A stretch of DNA of 33,366 nucleotides from a virus (taxonomy: Duplodnaviria; Caudoviricetes), in IMG/VR virus record IMGVR_UViG_3300033067_002516, positions 1 to 33,366 of that record. The stretch is one strand, 5' to 3'. A program made the translations under genes and the position numbers. Below the pieces are notes generated by a model. The model saw nothing but the letters and a program-made list of their open reading frames with translations, was not told the origin of the DNA and searched no databases. Shown here in pieces: positions 19,210 to 28,790 of the stretch. Each line of letters starts with the position of its first letter. Positions within the stretch are counted from its first letter, which is position 1.

Positions 19210-22200
19210 ATGGCATTTAGAAAAGTCGATAAACCTGTTATTAATTATACACCACCATCTAATGATTCACTTAGATTGGTGACTGGTAATACTGCATTGG
19301 TGACAGTAATTAATGCAGTTGTACCTATTTCTGGCATAACAAATATCGGCAACGGACCTGGTTATGTATTTTCATCTGTTCAAAATAGAATTGCAGAGTT
19401 TAGAGGTTTATCGGGTGATACAAATATTTCGATAAATTATGTCCAGTCAGGTGATACAGTTGGTATTCATCTTAATGATAACATTATTGTAAATTCAATA
19501 TCAGCCACAACTTTTTATTCTGGTTCTACACCATTATCACAATTACTCACAGGAGGCACAGGGAGTTTTACTCAATTATACGTTAGTGGAGGAACAGGTT
19601 CAGAAAGTTTAATTTCAATATTACCTGCATCTGATTCAAATTTAGCAGCAAATAATGCAGTTGTTTTATCAAAATCATCATCTGGACTTTCAACATTTTC
19701 TTCAATTTTTGGAGGTAAAAATAATTTAATTAATTCAACTTCAGATTATTCTTCTGCAGGTGGATATAATAATATAATTAATCCAAGTAGTAATTTTTCT
19801 AAAATATTTGGTAAAACAAATAGAATAAATGGGACTTATACAAATGTTGATGGGTTGTATAATTCAGGTTATACATCTTTCTCTAAAATATCAGGTAAAC
19901 AAAACTATTCAATCGGTAATTATTTTGGAATATTTCAATTGCTTTATAATTGTTACGGCTTAAATACGATTAATGGTGCAAATAATCACACAACAAATGC
20001 AGGTGTTAATAATATACATAATGGATTTTCTAACTGGATTTTTAATGGAAATTATAATTCAATATTAAATGGTACAGAAAATAGAACATACAACTCCTCT
20101 TTAGCATTAATCCAAGGATCATCCAATAAAACATACGGTGTTAATTATTCAACCTTAATCGGAACAAATAATATAACAACAACTGCGAATACAAGTCTTG
20201 TTCAATTTAATTCAATCGTTGGTGCAACTCAATCAAGAATAGAAGATTCTCCTCTTAGTTCAGTTTGGGGTGGTCAATTAAATAAAATAACAGGTATAAC
20301 TCCAGGTTTAAATACTATTTTGAATGGAGATGGAGCAAAAATTCATGGTTCAAGATCAACAGTAATTAATGGATTTAATTCTTTTATTCTAAATTCATCT
20401 GATAACTGTGCGATAATTTCAGGTAATGATAATAATATTTTAGCCGGTAAAAATTCAATTATCTTTAACGGTAATCTAAATGTTGTTAATTCTTCAACAG
20501 GCGTAACATTAATTAATGTAAATAATGTAACAACAAATTCATCGGATGAAAATTTATTAATTACAAATAAAATTAGAAGTTTATACCTTACCGGTGGTAC
20601 CACTCAAATGGTGGTGGCTGATGTAAGTGGTAATTTATCAACACAAGCTATTCCATCAGGTGGAACTGGTACAGCATTATTTTCAGGAACAACAGCAGGT
20701 GGAATTAAACAAATTTATCCTGCTGATAATAATATATCAAATAATGACTATTCAGTTGTTTTAGGTAAAAATAATAAGATTTATAATAAGTATAGTATAA
20801 TATCTAATGGTAACTATAACACTATAAATTTAGGATCAGGTGCTTATTCATTAATTGGAACTGGTGCTTATAATAATATAAATTCTGGAAATTTTAATTC
20901 TATTGGAAATGGTTCTCTTAATTTAATTTCAGGAGCCACACATTATCAATCTGTTGGAAATGGAAAAAGAAATAAAATATATTCATCTTATTTCGCCAGC
21001 ATAAATAATGGATCAAGAAATTATATAAGAAGTTCAAACCATTCAACTGTTCTTGGAGGGTATAGAAATAATATAATAAATAACCAACATTCAACAATTC
21101 TGAATGGAAGTTATAATACAATATTATGTACAGGTAGTACTGACGGAAATGTGATAATAAATGGTGACCATAATACTATTCAATATTCCAGACATTCTGC
21201 AATTTTAGCAGGTAAATACAATTTATTAAACTCCACGAATTATTCTTCAATTATTTCTGGAAGTTATATCACAGGTTCAACACATAATACAGCCTTTGGT
21301 GATAAATTACAATTAAAGAGTTTAACAGGAGCAACCAGTCAAATGGTTATTGCTTCTACTAATGGATTACTTTCAACTCAAGCAATTCCTTCTTCAAATT
21401 CAGTAAACAATGGATTAAATACTTATACAGCCGGGACTTCTACTTTTCAATCGGTTAATGTTTCTGCATTAACAATTAATAATTTAACTGTATCAGCAAG
21501 TACAAGTTTAAATACATTATCTGCAACAACTGTACAAGTTAGAAATCTTTCAGGCGGAACAACAAGAATGGTGGTTGCAAATACCAGTGGTGTGTTATCC
21601 TCACAGGCTATTCCCACTTATACTCAATATTGGGCAATTGGTGGTGTGGCATCTTCTTTGGTGCAAAATAATGGTTATACAACAGCCAATTCAAATTTTT
21701 CAATTGTTGCTGGTAAAAATACAAGTATTGGAATTAATTCTAATTATTCAAATATATTAGGAGGACTTTCAAATCAAAATATAGATAATAATAAATATTC
21801 AGCCATTGTTAATGGATTTGAAAATAATATAAAAGATTATTCAAATCATGCTTTTATTGGATCAGGAAGAGGTGGATATATATACAATTCTAATAATTCA
21901 TCAATTTTAAATGGCTATGGCAATAGAATATATAATTCAGTATCAAACTCTGAATCAAAATATAATACCATTTTAGGTGGATATACAAATAAAATAATCA
22001 GGTCTTTCCATTCAATAGTTTTAGGAGGTTATCTAAATTCAATTGGAACAGGTGATTATTTAAATAAGTATTCATTGGTATTTGGAAAGCAGAATTATGT
22101 CCAAGCGGATTATTCTGCAATAATAGGTGGACAAGGATACACCCTTACAGAAAATAATACTTTAATGACACCTAAATTGAAGATTGGAAATTTACCATCA

Positions 22201-23130
22201 ACATCTTCAACTTATTTATTAAATGCGAATTCATCTGGAAATGTGTACAAAGTTGCAACATCAGGTGGAACAGGAATCCAGATTAATAATTCAGCAGGTT
22301 TATTAACTATAACTTACACTGGAAGTACAACATCTGGTGGAGCAACAGTAAATAATGGATTAAATACTTATACAGCCGGGACTTCAACATTCCAATCAGT
22401 TAATGTATCTGCTCTAACAATAAATAATTTAACTGTATCAGGTTATACAAGTTTAAATACTCTATCAGCATCCTCTGTTCAAATATCTAATCTTGTTTCA
22501 ACAGGTAATACCAAAATGGTTGTTGCGGATATTAATGGAAATCTATCTGCTAATACAATTCCATTTAATATTCTAAATTATAGACAATCTACTTTACCAT
22601 CAAATTCAGCAAAAAGATATTATAGGAATACACCTATTCTTGGAAGTATAGCAAATGGTACGCTGGCTGCGAATTCCATTGTTCTCTCCCCCTGGTATTG
22701 CGGTAAAGATTGTGTTGTCGATGAAATGTTAATAAATGTTACCACTACCGGTGGTACAGGGGTATTTGCATTAGCCGTCTACGATAACCTTACGCCTAAC
22801 GGTTTATTTCCTGGAAACCTAAAACAAAGTTATGGAACCGGAAAAACATCACCTACAGGCATCAAAGCACTTACGGCCAATACGGCAGTTAATTACACAA
22901 CAGGAATGTATTGGATTGCAATTTGGAATTCTACATCCTTTGCAGTAAATGTAACATCTGCTAATGGAATTGACATCGGTACAACATCCGCAAACTTTAC
23001 TAATGCTTTTACATTTACATCTGCAGCGACATTCTCAAATGGTGTATTTCCTTCTCAAATGAGTGGAGTAACAGCAACCAACACAATTGTTCCTATCTTC
23101 AATATCCACATGAAAACAATATATAATTAA
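19210..23130 (+). CDS. Long fibre/adhesin protein with G/N-rich beta-solenoid repeats
   Basis: 1306 aa; many S(I/V)(L/I)(N/G)GxxNxI repeats and repeated MVVA..SG.LS.QAIP linkers. Confidence 0.7.
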   Translation: MAFRKVDKPVINYTPPSNDSLRLVTGNTALVTVINAVVPISGITNIGNGPGYVFSSVQNRIAEFRGLSGDTNISINYVQSGDTVGIHLNDNIIVNSISATTFYSGSTPLSQLLTGGTGSFTQLYVSGGTGSESLISILPASDSNLAANNAVVLSKSSSGLSTFSSIFGGKNNLINSTSDYSSAGGYNNIINPSSNFSKIFGKTNRINGTYTNVDGLYNSGYTSFSKISGKQNYSIGNYFGIFQLLYNCYGLNTINGANNHTTNAGVNNIHNGFSNWIFNGNYNSILNGTENRTYNSSLALIQGSSNKTYGVNYSTLIGTNNITTTANTSLVQFNSIVGATQSRIEDSPLSSVWGGQLNKITGITPGLNTILNGDGAKIHGSRSTVINGFNSFILNSSDNCAIISGNDNNILAGKNSIIFNGNLNVVNSSTGVTLINVNNVTTNSSDENLLITNKIRSLYLTGGTTQMVVADVSGNLSTQAIPSGGTGTALFSGTTAGGIKQIYPADNNISNNDYSVVLGKNNKIYNKYSIISNGNYNTINLGSGAYSLIGTGAYNNINSGNFNSIGNGSLNLISGATHYQSVGNGKRNKIYSSYFASINNGSRNYIRSSNHSTVLGGYRNNIINNQHSTILNGSYNTILCTGSTDGNVIINGDHNTIQYSRHSAILAGKYNLLNSTNYSSIISGSYITGSTHNTAFGDKLQLKSLTGATSQMVIASTNGLLSTQAIPSSNSVNNGLNTYTAGTSTFQSVNVSALTINNLTVSASTSLNTLSATTVQVRNLSGGTTRMVVANTSGVLSSQAIPTYTQYWAIGGVASSLVQNNGYTTANSNFSIVAGKNTSIGINSNYSNILGGLSNQNIDNNKYSAIVNGFENNIKDYSNHAFIGSGRGGYIYNSNNSSILNGYGNRIYNSVSNSESKYNTILGGYTNKIIRSFHSIVLGGYLNSIGTGDYLNKYSLVFGKQNYVQADYSAIIGGQGYTLTENNTLMTPKLKIGNLPSTSSTYLLNANSSGNVYKVATSGGTGIQINNSAGLLTITYTGSTTSGGATVNNGLNTYTAGTSTFQSVNVSALTINNLTVSGYTSLNTLSASSVQISNLVSTGNTKMVVADINGNLSANTIPFNILNYRQSTLPSNSAKRYYRNTPILGSIANGTLAANSIVLSPWYCGKDCVVDEMLINVTTTGGTGVFALAVYDNLTPNGLFPGNLKQSYGTGKTSPTGIKALTANTAVNYTTGMYWIAIWNSTSFAVNVTSANGIDIGTTSANFTNAFTFTSAATFSNGVFPSQMSGVTATNTIVPIFNIHMKTIYN
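21403..22482 (+). repeat. Internal ~135-bp duplication in the fibre gene (21403-21537 and 22348-22482)
   Basis: VNNGLNTYTAGTSTFQSVNVSALTINNLTVS is identical in both copies; nucleotide differences are mostly synonymous. Confidence 0.9.
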
Positions 23131-23182
23131 AAATTACTATTAAAAACTATATTTTAATTTATATTATTATACCAAAATAAAA

Positions 23183-24493
23183 ATGAAACAAGAATCAAAA
23201 ATAATTAAACACCAAGGTTTAGAATTTTTTACAGTAAAATTAAATTCAGAAGTAAGCTACGATCCTAATTACTATTTCCAAAAAGGCAGAAATGAATGGA
23301 TAAACTTCGGTGCTGACAATCTAATGCCAAATACTTTAATTAAGTATTACGAAAATTCACCTACCCATCAATCTTTATGCTATCTCAAACAAGCCATGAC
23401 TTATGGCGGTGGTCTTGATTATGATAAAAATAATAAAGAATTACATTTATTCGTACAAAATTCTAATCTTAATTCTGTATTTAAAAAATTGGTTAAAGAT
23501 TTAATTATATTTAATGGATTTGTTTTCGATATTGGTTGGAATAAACAAGGAGATTATATTGCAGAAATTGGACATTATGATTTAAGTCTTATTCGAAAAG
23601 AAGCAGCCGAAAATAATAAACCTGAATGGTATTATTTAAATGCTAACTGGGCTGAATGGAAAAAGAATGAGATGGTAAAAATCCCAAAGTTCAACATGGA
23701 AAATTCTAAAAAACAACCTAATCAATTACTTTATGTATTAGATTATAATCCAGGGACTTTTACTTATCCTAAACCAGATTATAAATCTTATAAGTTTATT
23801 GAATTTGAAATCATGTTGGGCGAATTCGTTTATTCAAATATAAGTAATGGTATGTCACCTTCAGGTATATTCTCTTTTAAAGAAGTACCAACAAAAGAAG
23901 AAAGACAATTAATTAAACAAGCAATCAAAAGGGATTTTACCGGACCTCAATCCAGTGGTAAGTTCATCGCATTATTCGCTGAGTCAAAAGATAAAGCAGT
24001 TGAATTTATTCCAATTAAAAATGATAACAATAATAATATATATTCTGATTTGAATAATCTTTGTTTACAGAAGATTATATCTTCTCACCACTTAAACAAC
24101 CCAGCAGTTGCAGGTCTACCTTCTCCTGGTGGAATTAGTTTTGGAAATCAATTGGCAACCAGTTATGAGTATTTTTACAATATTGTCATCAAGGAATATC
24201 AAAATAGAATCCTTGATGAATTAGCAAGATTATTAATGATTAATGGCTTGATTCAAGATAGAGAAGAAATAGGAATTAAAACTTTACAGCCATACCAATA
24301 CAAGTTCGACTCTAATATTATTGGCAACAGCGTTACAATAAACGAAATTAGAAAAGAGATGGGGCTCCCTCCAATGGAAGGTGGAGATATTATTCTATTT
24401 AAGAATGGTCAAAATCCTACACCATTTCCAAATAATAACCCTAACGAACAATTACCTCCATTAACAAATCCAGCACCTAATTTCTTTTCTTAA
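23183..24493 (+). CDS. Portal protein
   Basis: 436 aa; WINFGADNL.P..L..YY.NSPTH, YPKPDY, NISNGMSPS, FTG..SSGKF and TINEIR.EMGLPP motifs. Confidence 0.88.
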   Translation: MKQESKIIKHQGLEFFTVKLNSEVSYDPNYYFQKGRNEWINFGADNLMPNTLIKYYENSPTHQSLCYLKQAMTYGGGLDYDKNNKELHLFVQNSNLNSVFKKLVKDLIIFNGFVFDIGWNKQGDYIAEIGHYDLSLIRKEAAENNKPEWYYLNANWAEWKKNEMVKIPKFNMENSKKQPNQLLYVLDYNPGTFTYPKPDYKSYKFIEFEIMLGEFVYSNISNGMSPSGIFSFKEVPTKEERQLIKQAIKRDFTGPQSSGKFIALFAESKDKAVEFIPIKNDNNNNIYSDLNNLCLQKIISSHHLNNPAVAGLPSPGGISFGNQLATSYEYFYNIVIKEYQNRILDELARLLMINGLIQDREEIGIKTLQPYQYKFDSNIIGNSVTINEIRKEMGLPPMEGGDIILFKNGQNPTPFPNNNPNEQLPPLTNPAPNFFS

Positions 24494-24516
24494 CCCAATT
24501 CAAATCAAAAATAAAA

Positions 24517-25089
24517 ATGACATACTTAATTACAACTGAAGATATATTTTCTGGAACAACCATACAAAGGAATGTTCAGGATTTCTTATTAAATCCTTTC
24601 ATCGAAAGAAGTCAGATTGACTTTACAGAAAAACTACTGGGTACAGCATTATATAATGATTTGATTAATCAAGTTGAATTGTATGGCTTAACTGGATTAT
24701 CAGGTACATACTTAACACTACAACAAATTCTTAAACCAATGGGTGTAATGTATACCTGGTATTACGCCACACCTTTCCTTGCTGTAAAATTTGATAACAA
24801 AGGAGTTAATCAATTGGTTAGCGATAACTCCGCTAATGTAAATCAAGAAAGACAAACAGATTTAATTAATAGAATATTGAATTTAGCCCAGGAATCAGAA
24901 TTGAAAGCATTAAAATTCTTAAGAGCGAATTATACTTCATACCCATTGTGGAGAGAGAATATTTACTATGATGATAATAAAGGTAATGATGTAAATACTT
25001 TATTCGGTGGAATTGAATTTGATTCAAATTGGAAGGGAGATATTGTTTATATAGGAGGGAAAGCATATAGAAGAGGCGATCTCTTATAA
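24517..25089 (+). CDS. Head-tail adaptor/connector
   Basis: PFIERSQ....LLGTALYNDL and FLRAN..SYPLW motifs; follows portal. Confidence 0.65.
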   Translation: MTYLITTEDIFSGTTIQRNVQDFLLNPFIERSQIDFTEKLLGTALYNDLINQVELYGLTGLSGTYLTLQQILKPMGVMYTWYYATPFLAVKFDNKGVNQLVSDNSANVNQERQTDLINRILNLAQESELKALKFLRANYTSYPLWRENIYYDDNKGNDVNTLFGGIEFDSNWKGDIVYIGGKAYRRGDLL

Positions 25090-25102
25090 ATATAAACACA
25101 CA

Positions 25103-25579
25103 ATGAAAAAAATATTCTTTATAACTTGTTTAGGATTTGATTCCACAGCAGATTTCTTGAGCACAATTTTTATAACCAAATATAAAATATTAACTATATT
25201 TTCTTTCTTGTTTGGTGCTTTTTCTTTTACAGATCATCTCTGGCAGGATGTAAATGAAATAATATTCCTATGGATATTATTATTTTTAGACTTGATTACC
25301 GGTGTTATAAAGGCTTGGAAATTAAATACTTTTGAAAGTAAAAGACTTCCAAGATGGGCAGGTATTTCTTTTACCTACTCACTTCTTCTTTTTATTTCTT
25401 TTAATTTAGCAAGGTTTGTTCCTTTATTTGGATTTTTGCCGGGTAGCTTGTATGCCCTTTTTTGCGCAGTACTTTTCACAAGTTTAGTGGAAAACCTAAA
25501 TGCAATAGGATTATTAAATATTCAGGTCTATAACTACATAAAAGAAAAAATTAATATTCTTTTAAAAACAAAACTATAA
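25103..25579 (+). CDS. Holin (Phage_holin_4_1-like)
   Basis: Transmembrane segments with LDLITGVIKAW..N.FESKRL and SLVENL..IG. Confidence 0.75.
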   Translation: MKKIFFITCLGFDSTADFLSTIFITKYKILTIFSFLFGAFSFTDHLWQDVNEIIFLWILLFLDLITGVIKAWKLNTFESKRLPRWAGISFTYSLLLFISFNLARFVPLFGFLPGSLYALFCAVLFTSLVENLNAIGLLNIQVYNYIKEKINILLKTKL

Positions 25580-25858
25580 TTCTTTCTTGATATACTTTTT
25601 TAAATCCATCAACAAAGCACAGAATTCAAAATTATTATCATCCTTCTCTGATTCTTCGATTAATATATCAACCACATCCAAGAAATTAACATCATACATT
25701 GATTGTAAAAAACAATAAGAGTATTCTCTTTTATGAAATTCATAAATGTGCTTAAGGTGAATTGAAGTATCTTTTTCTATAAGTTTTTTATTTTCATCAT
25801 AAAACTTTTTATTTAAATCTAAAAATACTCTCTTCCAAAAATCAATTTCCTTTTCCAT
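25574..25858 (-). CDS. Hypothetical protein with C-terminal UVR-like hairpin
   Basis: NFEFCALLMDLKK resembles the ExYExCA motif. Confidence 0.5.
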   Translation of the reverse strand: MEKEIDFWKRVFLDLNKKFYDENKKLIEKDTSIHLKHIYEFHKREYSYCFLQSMYDVNFLDVVDILIEESEKDDNNFEFCALLMDLKKYIKKEL

Positions 25859-25873
25859 AATAATAAATATACT

Positions 25874-26545
25874 TTATAAATAAAAACTATCTAAATCACT
25901 TTTCTTAATCTTTTTAAATTTAATCTTTTCTTTTTCTTCTTTAATTATTAAACGATGAGATAAATTATTATTTGCAAATTGTTGAATAACTGAATCTTTT
26001 ACTTTATTTATTTTTAAGAAAATTGTCCTTGTTGAATAATTTGTCATCTCCCCAATTTTTTTCATGCTCAACCCCGATCTAAAGTAAAACTCAAATATTC
26101 CTACTTCTAATTGTGTATGAGTTTTATTAATGTATTTTCTTATTTCAGAAACCAATACATCTTCTTCTATTTTATTCTTTTCGTTTTGAATTTCTGAAAA
26201 TAAATCATACTCAAACTCTGATTTTAAATATACATGATTTTGAAATACATCATCTGAATCGAACGAAAGATTATGTCCTCTATTCTTTATTATATTTTTC
26301 TTTAATAAAACATTATTGCAACAACTTACAAATAATAAATTCTCAAATGATTTACCTGATAGATTTAAATTTTGAAACCTAAATCCTTTTTTCTGAATTG
26401 AATTATATATTGCCAGAAGTGAGTCGTGAAAAACATCATCTGAAATTTCTTTTTTGAATGAGGATTTCTGAAATCCTGAAAGTAGTTGTTTGTAATTTGA
26501 ATTAATATATTTTAAAAATTCATTAGCCAGTTCTTCGTTCTGCAT
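25874..26545 (-). CDS. Sigma-70/ECF-like transcription factor
   Basis: Region-2-like SDDVFHDSLLAIY and region-4 HTH IFEFYFRSGLSMKKIGEMTNYSTRTIFLKINKVK. Confidence 0.75.
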   Translation of the reverse strand: MQNEELANEFLKYINSNYKQLLSGFQKSSFKKEISDDVFHDSLLAIYNSIQKKGFRFQNLNLSGKSFENLLFVSCCNNVLLKKNIIKNRGHNLSFDSDDVFQNHVYLKSEFEYDLFSEIQNEKNKIEEDVLVSEIRKYINKTHTQLEVGIFEFYFRSGLSMKKIGEMTNYSTRTIFLKINKVKDSVIQQFANNNLSHRLIIKEEKEKIKFKKIKKSDLDSFYL

Positions 26546-26573
26546 CTAAATATTTTTGTGTTCATAATAAATA

Positions 26574-27218
26574 TTAAAAAAAAATAATCTTTCCCTGTTT
26601 TGAATATTTGGTATCAAGCACACAATTAATAACTATTTTCTTTTTTGTTGATCCAGGATGGTCAGCGATCTCTTTTGGTGTATCAAACTCCAACCATAAG
26701 TTATTTAATTTGTAAGAGCGAAAAGAATAATCTGGATAGATACAAAAGTATATTACATCTATATTTTTATTCCTGTTTAGATTTTTGATTCTGAATAAGG
26801 ATTTATACTTTTCCTCAAATAAGAAATCATCATTGTATTTATGTGAACGGAATTTTACTTCTATAAGTTTTATCCTATTTGTTATTGGGCAAATATATAC
26901 TGCATCGAAGTTATCATAGGATTTCTTTTCATCTGAAATAAAAAAATTATTAATTCTATTTGTAATAAAATATTGTAAAAGAAATCCTCGTTCACGAATT
27001 CCAGAATTAACACAAAGATTATATTTGTTTATATCTTTATTGATTGTTCGATCAGATAATATATTTTTATCGTAAAAAATAATATTAGAATTGATATTAC
27101 AATTGGTTACAGTATGAATGGTATTCGCTGATGAATAAACAACACAACCTGTGTATGCAGTTATTATCCTAAAATTCCTTGCTAATTTGATTTCCATTAT
27201 GTATTTTAAATTATACAT
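26574..27218 (-). CDS. PD-(D/E)XK-type nuclease
   Basis: YDNFDA...LIEVKFRSHKY...EEKY..L; start could be 27197. Confidence 0.65.
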   Translation of the reverse strand: MYNLKYIMEIKLARNFRIITAYTGCVVYSSANTIHTVTNCNINSNIIFYDKNILSDRTINKDINKYNLCVNSGIRERGFLLQYFITNRINNFFISDEKKSYDNFDAVYICPITNRIKLIEVKFRSHKYNDDFLFEEKYKSLFRIKNLNRNKNIDVIYFCIYPDYSFRSYKLNNLWLEFDTPKEIADHPGSTKKKIVINCVLDTKYSKQGKIIFF

Positions 27219-27310
27219 AAATAGATTGAATTATGTGAAAAATAAAATGATTTTATATATACTTGATTATCAATGTGATTATTTATTGTTTATTCTATTG
27301 ATAATTAATA

Positions 27311-27347
27311 TAATGGAAACTTTAAAAGTGGACGAAAGTTTCCATTA
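27311..27347. repeat. Perfect 13-bp inverted repeat
   Basis: TAATGGAAACTTT-N11-AAAGTTTCCATTA at the left edge of the non-coding locus. Confidence 0.8.
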
Positions 27348-27413
27348 AAATAAGTTGTTGGTGTGCCTTTAGTTTTTTAAGATGTAATTTCTATTAATTT
27401 TATTAACAATACC

Positions 27414-28317
27414 TGGAGTTTAACTTATCTAACAATTAAAGTTAGGTTAGTCTAACTTATTATCTGAAATGTGTTGGAGTTCTACAAACATTCATTGGAG
27501 TTTTACAATAAAAACCGAGCCTTCTTTTAAAAAAAGGTCAATAGTCAGGGGTAAAACTCCATTTTAACTTAAAAATTGGCTAACCAACCTAAAAATTAAG
27601 AGTTAAACTCCAATTGCTATTTGATTTTTAAAGTATAACTCCATGCTTATACGTTAAACTTCAATGGTTACCTTAAATTTTAAATGTTATCTGAAATTTA
27701 TTCCACATCACAGTTGTTGCTTGGGGTACTCCAGAAACTTAATTGTTGTTTAAGATTTAATTTAAGAATAAAAAGTTATTGAATGGAGTTTAACTTAGAT
27801 TAGTTGGACTTCTACATAAACGAATTGAGTTGTAAAACTCCATTTCAATTTAAGTAAAGATCAAATGGAGTTTGACTGTAATGTAATCATAAAAATTGAT
27901 TGTTATACGATCAGAAAAAAGTTGTCTTTGTTTTGTCATCCTATTGAACATAATATATATTATAGAACACTCACTTTCTTAGAAAAGTACAACTCCTTGT
28001 TAAAATCCAATTTTTCTTTATAATAATCTTAGAATAGTACAAGTTTCTTTTTGTGTCAAAAGTTCCATTATTGGGAACTTTATTTTTATGTGTTAACATT
28101 GGAGTTTTACGTTAATTTTTATTTAAACTGGACTTCTACATTAGATAGACCACCGGGGATAGTATGACTGACTATTTGTCAATTTTTTGCATCTCGGTTC
28201 AAAATAAAAATTTCTATTTTTTCAAGTACCTAAAAGTAAAACTCCATAGTTGTAAAACTCCTGGGATAGAAAGTAGAACTCCAATAAATGTTGTTATAAT
28301 TTAAAAGTTAAACTCCT
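27414..28317. repeat. Array of 17 GGASTTNNAC / GTNNAASTCC sites in both orientations
   Basis: Core starts at 27415, 27476, 27497, 27551, 27602, 27633, 27785, 27806, 27832, 27867, 27987, 28101, 28130, 28236, 28252, 28273, 28307; near-matches at 27653 and 27999. Confidence 0.92.
27943..27970 (-). other. dif-like XerC/XerD recombination site
   Basis: Minus strand GTGTTCTATAA-TATATA-TTATGTTCAAT has the 11-6-11 layout; the right arm differs by one base from the E. coli XerD arm TTATGTTAAAT. Confidence 0.75.
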
Positions 28318-28771
28318 GGGGTGGTATGCTTAAAAGTTTAATTAAATTTTCAGTTTTAATATAATTAAATTTATTTAAATTTATTTCCACCAAATAATCT
28401 ATAGGCATTTTTATAACATAAAAAAAATCAAATTCAGAATTATTTGATAAATATTTTTCACCGAAGCGATAATCAGGTTCAAACTCAAGAAGAAGATTGA
28501 ATTTACAAAAAAATTTAACTTCATAATATTCGTATATTGATTTATTATCCACAAGTTTAAATGCTGTATAAAATACAAGTTCAAAATTTGTATCTTTAAA
28601 AAAAGGAATAAAATAAACATTATAATCCACACAATGATTTTTAAGTAAATTTATAGATAAATCATAAAAATCTTTATTATTATAAATTAAATCATCAAGA
28701 AATTCTTTAACATCATCTTTTAGATTAAAATTTTCACCGAAATATAATTCTGTTTTTAATATTTTATTCAT
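28301..28771 (-). CDS. Hypothetical protein, paralog A
   Basis: FLDDLIYNNKDFYD and LLLEFEPDYRFGE are shared with the next gene. Confidence 0.7.
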   Translation of the reverse strand: MNKILKTELYFGENFNLKDDVKEFLDDLIYNNKDFYDLSINLLKNHCVDYNVYFIPFFKDTNFELVFYTAFKLVDNKSIYEYYEVKFFCKFNLLLEFEPDYRFGEKYLSNNSEFDFFYVIKMPIDYLVEINLNKFNYIKTENLIKLLSIPPQEFNF

Positions 28772-28790
28772 TTTTCAAAGTCTTTTTAAG

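Noticed and set aside
21403-22482. DGR template/variable repeat pair
   Set aside because: Both copies are coding, differences are mostly synonymous and not adenine-specific, and there is no reverse transcriptase
28059-28081. parS site
   Set aside because: GTTCC-N7-GGAAC spacing does not match TGTTNCACGTGAAACA, and no ParA/ParB is seen
27414-28317. CRISPR array
   Set aside because: Repeats are only 10-11 bp, in mixed orientation, irregularly spaced, and no cas genes are present
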